From Campylobacterales bacterium (GTDB taxonomy: Bacteria; Campylobacterota; Campylobacteria; Campylobacterales; JAOZPA01), in contig JAOZPA010000069.1 of NCBI GenBank assembly GCA_029932985.1, positions 1-12,418 of the forward strand: a DNA stretch of 12,418 nt, written 5' to 3'. A model generated the notes under the pieces. That model was not told the DNA's origin. It ran no database searches and was given only the letters and a program-made list of their open reading frames with translations. This document shows positions 7,288 through 12,418 of the stretch, piece by piece. The translations under genes were made by a program, and so were the position numbers. The first letter of the stretch is position 1; each line of letters starts with the position of its first letter.

Positions 7288-8025
7288 TTATTCTCCATAC
7301 TGTTCAAGTTTTTTACGAAGTGTTATACGATTTATACCCAGTTTTAGTGCCATTTGCAGTTGAGATTTGTATATTTTCTTTGCAGATTTCAAAATAGCTA
7401 TCTCAAATATCTCTAATAATTTTTTATATGTGGTTTGTTTATTTTCAAATTCTCTAGTAAAAAAATCTTGCATTGTGTCGATAAGTTCATCTTTTGTCAA
7501 AGATTTTAATAATATACTCTTATAAATTGATTGCTTTAAAGTGATTCCATTTTGTGAAATATCTATCTTAATATCATCAATTTTTATATCACAATTGTAT
7601 ATTTTTTTAGCATCATTGCTATATAAATTAATCAATTCATCTAAATCCTCTTTTCTATTTTTTAGAGGTTCTATGGTTATCTTAACAGGAAAAAAAGTGC
7701 TAATTTCATTCAACTCTTTTCGAGAAGTAGCAATTACCCTTATTTTTCGTAGTTTTTCAAAAAAATCTTTTTTATTTATAAGAGCATCAATCTCATAAAT
7801 CACAATTGTATTAAATGAATCTAGGTTAATCTTTTTGTGAAAAATCATCTTTTCTAGCTTTTGACCATTAAATACTTGAAGATTTGGAAATATCTCTTGA
7901 ATTAGAATTTTTTTGCCTACCCCATTTTCCCCAGTTACTAAAATATTGACTGGAAGAGTGGATGAAATTTGAGCAATTTTGAGTGCATTTTGTGACGAAG
8001 TAGATAGAGATATAAATTTTTTCAT
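7288..8025 (-). CDS. truncated/degenerate sigma-54-activator-like (AAA+ EBP core) transcriptional regulator with C-terminal Fis-type HTH; lacks GAFTGA loop
   Basis: Walker A-like ILVTGENGVGKK, Walker B-like TIVIYEIDAL, RVIATSRKEL (compare RIIAATNRDL) and IEPLKNRKEDLDELINLY (compare PPLRERKEDI) are present. The C-terminus SQLQMALKLGINRITLRKKLEQYG is a Fis-family HTH_8. The Walker A to Walker B interval is only ~37 aa and contains no GAFTGA. I chose the internal ATG at 8023-8025 (MKKFISL..., RBS AAGG upstream) over the track's 8058 start, which has no RBS and would cover the likely promoter. Confidence 0.7.
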   Translation of the reverse strand: MKKFISLSTSSQNALKIAQISSTLPVNILVTGENGVGKKILIQEIFPNLQVFNGQKLEKMIFHKKINLDSFNTIVIYEIDALINKKDFFEKLRKIRVIATSRKELNEISTFFPVKITIEPLKNRKEDLDELINLYSNDAKKIYNCDIKIDDIKIDISQNGITLKQSIYKSILLKSLTKDELIDTMQDFFTREFENKQTTYKKLLEIFEIAILKSAKKIYKSQLQMALKLGINRITLRKKLEQYGE

Positions 8026-8050
8026 AATTTGCCTTTTTTGGATATGCAAT

Positions 8051-8059
8051 TTTACCATA
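8051..8059 (-). promoter_or_regulatory. candidate extended -10 (TGgTAAAAT on minus strand) for the regulator gene
   Basis: The reverse complement of ATTTTACCA at 8051-8059 reads TGGTAAAAT (TGn + TAAAAT). It lies ~26 nt upstream of the preferred ATG at 8025. Confidence 0.3.
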
Positions 8060-8125
8060 TAATTGAAAAATAATCAAACTGTATATATTTTATACATTTA
8101 TAATGACTAAAATAATTGCTTTTAA

Positions 8126-8491
<366 letters not shown>

Positions 8492-8502
8492 GACCATTTA
8501 AA

Positions 8503-8533
8503 TTTTATGGTGTGAAAAAATTGCACCATAAAA
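8503..8533 (+). terminator. hairpin 12 nt after glnB stop (10-bp perfect stem TTTTATGGTG/CACCATAAAA, 11-nt loop); no U-run
   Basis: A perfect inverted repeat at 8503-8512/8524-8533. The following sequence (AACTCAACT) is not T-rich, so the role is uncertain: it could be a terminator or an RNA-stabilising 3' hairpin. Confidence 0.3.
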
Positions 8534-8584
8534 ACTCAACTACTCTATTAAATTTCTCCATCTTATTTTTAATTCTGTTTAAGT

Positions 8585-8640
8585 CCCCAAACGGAAATCT
8601 AAATTTACTCAAAATCTTTAAAAAAAATTTCCGCTTGGGG
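8585..8640. repeat. GC-rich palindromic intergenic repeat, copy 2 (CCCCAAACGGAAAT-N28-ATTTCCGCTTGGGG); probable terminator-like hairpin between glnB and the sirtuin gene
   Basis: 13 of 14 arm positions pair. It is followed by TTGTTAAGCCTTTT (8641-8654). The left arm is identical to 6543-6556. Confidence 0.55.
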
Positions 8641-8690
8641 TTGTTAAGCCTTTTAAGATATAATATTGGAAAAAGTAGAAAGGATTTATT

Positions 8691-9518
8691 ATGCAAACAG
8701 AGGCGATTAAAAGAGCGAGAGAATATATCAAAGAGGCAGATGCATTGCTGATAACTGCTGGGGCTGGTATGGGGGTAGATAGTGGATTGCCAGATTTTCG
8801 TGGAAGTAGTGGATTTTGGAAGGCATATCCTGCGATAAAAGATTTAGGATATTCATTTGTGGAGATGGCAAATCCTAGATGGTTTAAGAATAAACCTGCA
8901 TTGGCTTGGGCTTTTTATGGGCATCGGTTAAATTTGTATAGAGAAACCAAACCGCACAAGGGTTTTGATATGCTTTTGGAGTTGGGGGGGCAGATGAGAG
9001 ATGGTTATTTTATTTTTACTTCAAATGTGGATGGGCATTTTCAAACGGCAGGATTTGACAAGGAGAGGATTTATGAGTGTCACGGGGCGATAAATCATTT
9101 TCAATGCACTAAAAATTGTACAAAAGATATATGGGATGCAAAAAATATTCAAATTGAGGTTGATATGGAGATTTTTAAGGCACTTAATTTTCCATTGTGT
9201 CCTAGATGTGGAGCTGTTTCGAGACCAAATATTTTGATGTTTGGGGATTGGAATTGGAACTCGTCGATAAGTGATTATCAGGAGATGAGGCTTGGGGATT
9301 ATTTGGAAAGACTTAGAGATAAAGAGTCAAAAATTGTGATTATTGAGATGGGGGCTGGTAAGGCGATTCCTACGGTGAGGATGTTTAGTGAAAATATTGC
9401 AGAAAAACCAAATGCAAAACTTATTAGGATAAATCCACGAGATACTTCAATAGATGATAGATGGGGTGTTTCGATTGAATTAGGGGCTTTAGAGGGATTG
9501 AGGAGAATATTGGAGTAA
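8691..9518 (+). CDS. Sir2-family NAD-dependent protein deacylase (canonical sirtuin with Zn-ribbon; CobB-like)
   Basis: A 275-aa ORF with GAGMGVDSGLPDFRGSSGFW (NAD-binding), NPRWF...AWAFY, TSNVDGHF (compare QNID.LH), ECHG (catalytic His), Zn-ribbon Cys pairs CTKNC ... CPRCG, and RPNILMFGD. The RBS AAAGGA lies 7 nt before the ATG. Confidence 0.85.
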   Translation: MQTEAIKRAREYIKEADALLITAGAGMGVDSGLPDFRGSSGFWKAYPAIKDLGYSFVEMANPRWFKNKPALAWAFYGHRLNLYRETKPHKGFDMLLELGGQMRDGYFIFTSNVDGHFQTAGFDKERIYECHGAINHFQCTKNCTKDIWDAKNIQIEVDMEIFKALNFPLCPRCGAVSRPNILMFGDWNWNSSISDYQEMRLGDYLERLRDKESKIVIIEMGAGKAIPTVRMFSENIAEKPNAKLIRINPRDTSIDDRWGVSIELGALEGLRRILE

Positions 9519-9547
9519 GGGAATGAGTGAAATAAAAAAGTGAGAAA

Positions 9548-9574
9548 TGATATACAGCCAAAAACTGTATATCA
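9548..9574 (-). terminator. hairpin (10-bp perfect stem TGATATACAG/CTGTATATCA, 7-nt loop) 15 nt downstream of the ferredoxin stop; T-run on minus strand follows after 9 nt
   Basis: A perfect inverted repeat at 9548-9557/9565-9574. On the minus strand it is followed by ATTTCTCAC-TTTTTTATTT (RC of 9530-9547). It lies between the convergent sirtuin and ferredoxin genes. Confidence 0.4.
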
Positions 9575-9589
9575 AATTTCATAAAAATC

Positions 9590-9865
9590 TTAGTCTTCGA
9601 TACAAGGCTCTCCAACTTCGCCTCTACCATCCATTAAAGTTAAGCCATCAGTTGGCTCATCCCAAACGATACATCCCTCAGTTGGACATGCTTCTGCACA
9701 TGCAGGTTCATCATGATGGTCAACACACTCTACACATTTATCAGCATACACATAATAAATCTCTTCGCTCGTTGGGTTATCATCCTCATCTACAATAGCT
9801 TCTGTAGGACATTCGTCAATACAAGCTCCACAATTTATACAGGTATCAGTAATTTTTACTGCCAT
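9590..9865 (-). CDS. 2[4Fe-4S] ferredoxin of the Alvin (Allochromatium vinosum)-type with extended second cluster motif
   Basis: A 91-aa ORF. Cluster I is CINCGACIDECP. Cluster II is CVECVDHHDEPACAEACP (CxxC-x7-C-x3-CP with the DEPAC insertion typical of the Alvin-like Fdx family). The RBS AAGGAGA lies 6 nt before the ATG. Confidence 0.9.
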   Translation of the reverse strand: MAVKITDTCINCGACIDECPTEAIVDEDDNPTSEEIYYVYADKCVECVDHHDEPACAEACPTEGCIVWDEPTDGLTLMDGRGEVGEPCIED

Positions 9866-9921
9866 ATCATCTCCTTGAGTTTTAATATGGCAAATTTTAT
9901 CGAAAATATGTTTAAAATCAC

Positions 9922-11085
9922 TTAATTTAAAGAGATAAATTTCTTAATTTCATCAATTTTATCCAATTTCTCCCAAGTGAACTCAGGCTCTTCTCTCCCA
10001 AAATGTCCATAAGCTGCCGTTTTTTTGTAAATTGGTCGAATCAAGTCTAAAGATTCAATAATTCCCTTTGGTGTCAGCTCAAAAACTTCTCGAACACATC
10101 TACTAATCAAATCCTCATCCACACTATTCGTACCATCGGTATCAATATAAATAGACACAGGCTCAACCACACCAATCGCATAAGCCAACTGCACTGTAAC
10201 TTTATCACACATATCTGCCGCCACTAAATTTTTGGCGATATATCTAGCCATATAAGCTGCACTTCTATCGACTTTGGTAGGGTCTTTGCCACTAAATGCC
10301 CCTCCACCATGGGGACAACTGCCACCATAAGTATCAACAATAATTTTTCGCCCAGTAAGCCCTGCATCGCCTTGAGGCCCACCGATGATAAATTGCCCTG
10401 TTGGGTTGATATGGTAGATTACATTTTCATCAAGCAATTCTGGTGGAATCACTTTTAAAATAACCTCATTGATAACATCTTCGTGGATTTTCGCTTGTGT
10501 CACATCTTCACCGTGTTGAGTCGAAACTACCACCGTCTCCACTTTTGTAGGTTTACCATCGATATATCGCACACTTACTTGTGATTTTCCATCAGGTCTA
10601 AGATATGGCAAAGTTCCATCTTTTCGCACCTCTGCCAATTTTCGAGTGATTTTGTGAGCTAAATGGATAGGCAACGGCATATAAACATCTGTTTCACGAC
10701 AAGCGTAGCCAAACATTAAACCTTGGTCTCCAGCACCAATTTCACCATCTGCTCGGTCAACACCTTGATTTATATCTGGACTCTGCTCACCAATTCCATT
10801 TAAAACTCCAGCACTTCGATAATCAAACCCATATTTAGCATCGGTATAACCAATCTCTCGCACAACCTCTCTAGCAATATCTTGCATCGGAGCATAAGTT
10901 TCAGTTCTAAGTTCCCCTGCAATTACACAAAAACCGTTTGAAAGCAAAACTTCACAAGCCACTCTCGCATCTTTGTCTCTCGCAATGATATAATCCAAAA
11001 CTGCATCACTGATTTGGTCAGCCATTTTATCAGGATGCCCCTCAGTTACAGATTCACTAGTAAAAAGATAATTTTTTTTTCCCAT
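9922..11085 (-). CDS. metK: S-adenosylmethionine synthetase
   Basis: A 387-aa ORF: [31 protein letters not shown] ... [27 protein letters not shown]. The MetK signatures are unmistakable. The RBS GAGGAAAA is present. Confidence 0.97.
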   Translation of the reverse strand: MGKKNYLFTSESVTEGHPDKMADQISDAVLDYIIARDKDARVACEVLLSNGFCVIAGELRTETYAPMQDIAREVVREIGYTDAKYGFDYRSAGVLNGIGEQSPDINQGVDRADGEIGAGDQGLMFGYACRETDVYMPLPIHLAHKITRKLAEVRKDGTLPYLRPDGKSQVSVRYIDGKPTKVETVVVSTQHGEDVTQAKIHEDVINEVILKVIPPELLDENVIYHINPTGQFIIGGPQGDAGLTGRKIIVDTYGGSCPHGGGAFSGKDPTKVDRSAAYMARYIAKNLVAADMCDKVTVQLAYAIGVVEPVSIYIDTDGTNSVDEDLISRCVREVFELTPKGIIESLDLIRPIYKKTAAYGHFGREEPEFTWEKLDKIDEIKKFISLN

Positions 11086-11129
11086 CTATTTTCCTCAATA
11101 ATTTTTTAGATTTTTATTTTAGCAAAAGT

Positions 11130-12418
11130 TTATTTATTCAAAATAAAATGGGGGATAAGTTGGCTAATTCCTATCACTTTATGAATCAAAAGTTCGGATG
11201 TATCAACTTTTTCAAGGTGAGAGCCAAGATACAGACTAGAAATAAGAGTTTTGCCATAGATGATTTTCTTTTTGCTATCTTTAAATTTCACCCCACCGCC
11301 CCAAGTGTTGTGCATCACAAAAGCTTGATTTTCAAACTCGCCAAGATAAAGCATTATATGCCCCTTGAGATACAAAATTGTCTCAAATGGTACAGCTATC
11401 TCTATAATTTTTTGCTCTTTCTCTTTGGGGGGTAATTTTGAAATATCTACATATTTTAGATACCTACTTTGAACTGCTGAATTTCGTGGAAGCCAAACCC
11501 CAAACGCGATAAAGAAATCTCTCACCATCGATGAGCAATCCCGATTTTGGTACATTCCACCCCAACCATACTTTTCATCTAAAAGTTCATTTAATACACT
11601 ATTTAACTCTTTTTTATTGAATTCCAATGGATGAATCTGTGCCTGTTTTTTGGAAATCTTTATGATATTGAGTTTGCCATTAAACATTTCATCTTTATTT
11701 GTTTGAAAAACTTCATAATAATCTTTATGAGTTTCAATAAGTGGAAAAATTGACCCCATTTTTGCATAAAAAAGAAAATTATCCCAACTATTATAGATTG
11801 CTGTTTTCTCTTTTGTGACAATCAAAAGCTCTTTATCTGTAAAATTTTGCACAAAATTCTCATCTACATAAGCAATATCATTTAAACTAATCCAACCAAT
11901 CGCAAAAGCTGATTCCACAAAAATCCAAGCTTTATCCAGTGAAAAATGGGAGATAAAAAGTGGCTGATTTGCTTTGATGGAGGAGTTTTGACTGTAATCA
12001 AATGGATAATTAGTAGATTTTTTAAAAAACGGTTTGGATGATGGCAAGGTACGAAGAGAACTATTTTTAATAGTAATTGCTCTTTTTTTGCTACTATTAA
12101 AGTTATCAAAATTGCTATTTTTCACAATCTCATTGATAAGCTTTGAATCTATCAACTTTTTATTTTCACCATAAAATTTTCTTTTTTTTATAGCATTTAT
12201 ACCCCAAATCGAAAATCTTTTTTCATAGGAAAAATCCTTTATATCCCATGGTCTAAAATATTTCCGTTTAAACTGCTTTTTGAATTTTGAAATATTCTGA
12301 AAAATCGTATTTTCCACATTATGTTTATTCACAAAATATTCCAACTTCGGAACTATCTCCTCTGTTTTAACCTCATCACTCTTCTGCATATCTTTTTTAT
12401 TAGTTTCATCAATAGCAC
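11130..12418 (-). CDS. NlpC/P60 (C40) family peptidase with large uncharacterised N-terminal region; 5' end may lie beyond the window
   Basis: The C-terminal ~170 aa carry the NlpC/P60 core: YGWGGMYQNRDCSSMVRDFFIAFGVWLPRNSAVQ (catalytic Cys) and GHIMLYLGE (catalytic His). The first ATG is at 12387-12389, but the frame stays open to the window edge, so the true start is uncertain. The stop is 44 nt upstream of the metK start on the same strand. Confidence 0.8.
   Translation of the reverse strand, partial: AIDETNKKDMQKSDEVKTEEIVPKLEYFVNKHNVENTIFQNISKFKKQFKRKYFRPWDIKDFSYEKRFSIWGINAIKKRKFYGENKKLIDSKLINEIVKNSNFDNFNSSKKRAITIKNSSLRTLPSSKPFFKKSTNYPFDYSQNSSIKANQPLFISHFSLDKAWIFVESAFAIGWISLNDIAYVDENFVQNFTDKELLIVTKEKTAIYNSWDNFLFYAKMGSIFPLIETHKDYYEVFQTNKDEMFNGKLNIIKISKKQAQIHPLEFNKKELNSVLNELLDEKYGWGGMYQNRDCSSMVRDFFIAFGVWLPRNSAVQSRYLKYVDISKLPPKEKEQKIIEIAVPFETILYLKGHIMLYLGEFENQAFVMHNTWGGGVKFKDSKKKIIYGKTLISSLYLGSHLEKVDTSELLIHKVIGISQLIPHFILNK

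Noticed and set aside
7541-8077. ORFs 7541-7798 (+) and 7868-8077 (-) overlapping the EBP-like regulator
   Set aside because: They lie in shadow or alternative frames of the regulator gene. The second also covers its probable promoter and has no RBS.
8095-8125. Possible sigma-54 (-24/-12) promoter upstream of glnB (TGACTAAAATAATTGCTT)
   Set aside because: The GG dinucleotide is absent and GG-to-GC spacing does not fit TGGCAC-N5-TTGC or the Campylobacter TTGGAAC-N4-TTGCTT pattern. Sigma-70-type extended -10 elements explain the region better.
8505-8751. ORFs 8505-8696 (-) and 8512-8751 (+) in the glnB-sirtuin intergenic region
   Set aside because: They are opened by the palindromic hairpin and repeat sequences on both strands and overlap the sirtuin start. 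No RBS is present and they are low-complexity.
9424-9925. ORFs 9424-9630 (-), 9547-9798 (+), 9713-9925 (+) around the ferredoxin gene
   Set aside because: They overlap the sirtuin 3' end or are antisense to the cysteine-motif ferredoxin CDS. The His/Gln-rich translation of 9547-9798 is the mirror of the Cys/Asp codons.
11071-11080. A9/T9 homopolymer at codons 3-5 of metK, and the A10 tract in the rluB 3' end (6489-6498)
   Set aside because: Poly-A/T runs of this length are common in AT-rich genomes and encode Lys runs. Phase variation of essential metK is implausible, so this is most likely ordinary composition.
11148-12109. ORFs 11148-11435 (+) and 11882-12109 (-) within the NlpC/P60 gene
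   Set aside because: They are antisense or out-of-frame shadows of the peptidase CDS.

Overview
The window is AT-rich and has the gene content and sequence style of a Campylobacterota (epsilonproteobacterial) chromosome; that taxon is an inference from protein similarity, not a computed result. Most of it is ordinary core genome. On the plus strand sit a MoxR-type AAA+ ATPase, a REC + HD-GYP response regulator, a small J-domain protein and an RsuA/RluB-family pseudouridine synthase, packed as an apparent operon (3345-6526). Further along are the P-II protein GlnB (8153-8491) and a canonical zinc-ribbon Sir2/CobB-like sirtuin (8691-9518). On the minus strand there is an Alvin-type 2[4Fe-4S] ferredoxin (9590-9865), metK (9922-11085) and an NlpC/P60 peptidase whose 5' end may lie beyond the window (11130-12418). 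The left ~3.2 kb looks accessory: a 3'-truncated PIN (VapC-like) toxin with an upstream small antitoxin-like ORF (1-558, minus), a frameshifted gene remnant (700-987), and a co-directional SPFH/flotillin-like gene plus a DUF1016/YhcG PDDEXK-nuclease gene (1039-3190, minus). Diverging from glnB is a minus-strand pair (6596-8025): a degenerate sigma-54-activator-like AAA/Fis-HTH protein lacking GAFTGA, tightly followed by a PAS-like protein. A short GC-rich palindromic repeat (CCCCAAACGGAAAT...ATTTCCGYKYGGGG) occurs twice as full hairpins at gene 3' ends and once as a solo half-copy. I found no rRNA or tRNA genes, CRISPR array, or transposase/integrase. The most plausible candidate for an undescribed module is the SPFH-DUF1016 cassette beside the toxin-antitoxin pair; the truncated-EBP/PAS pair next to glnB is the second. 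Both remain hypotheses from sequence reading only.
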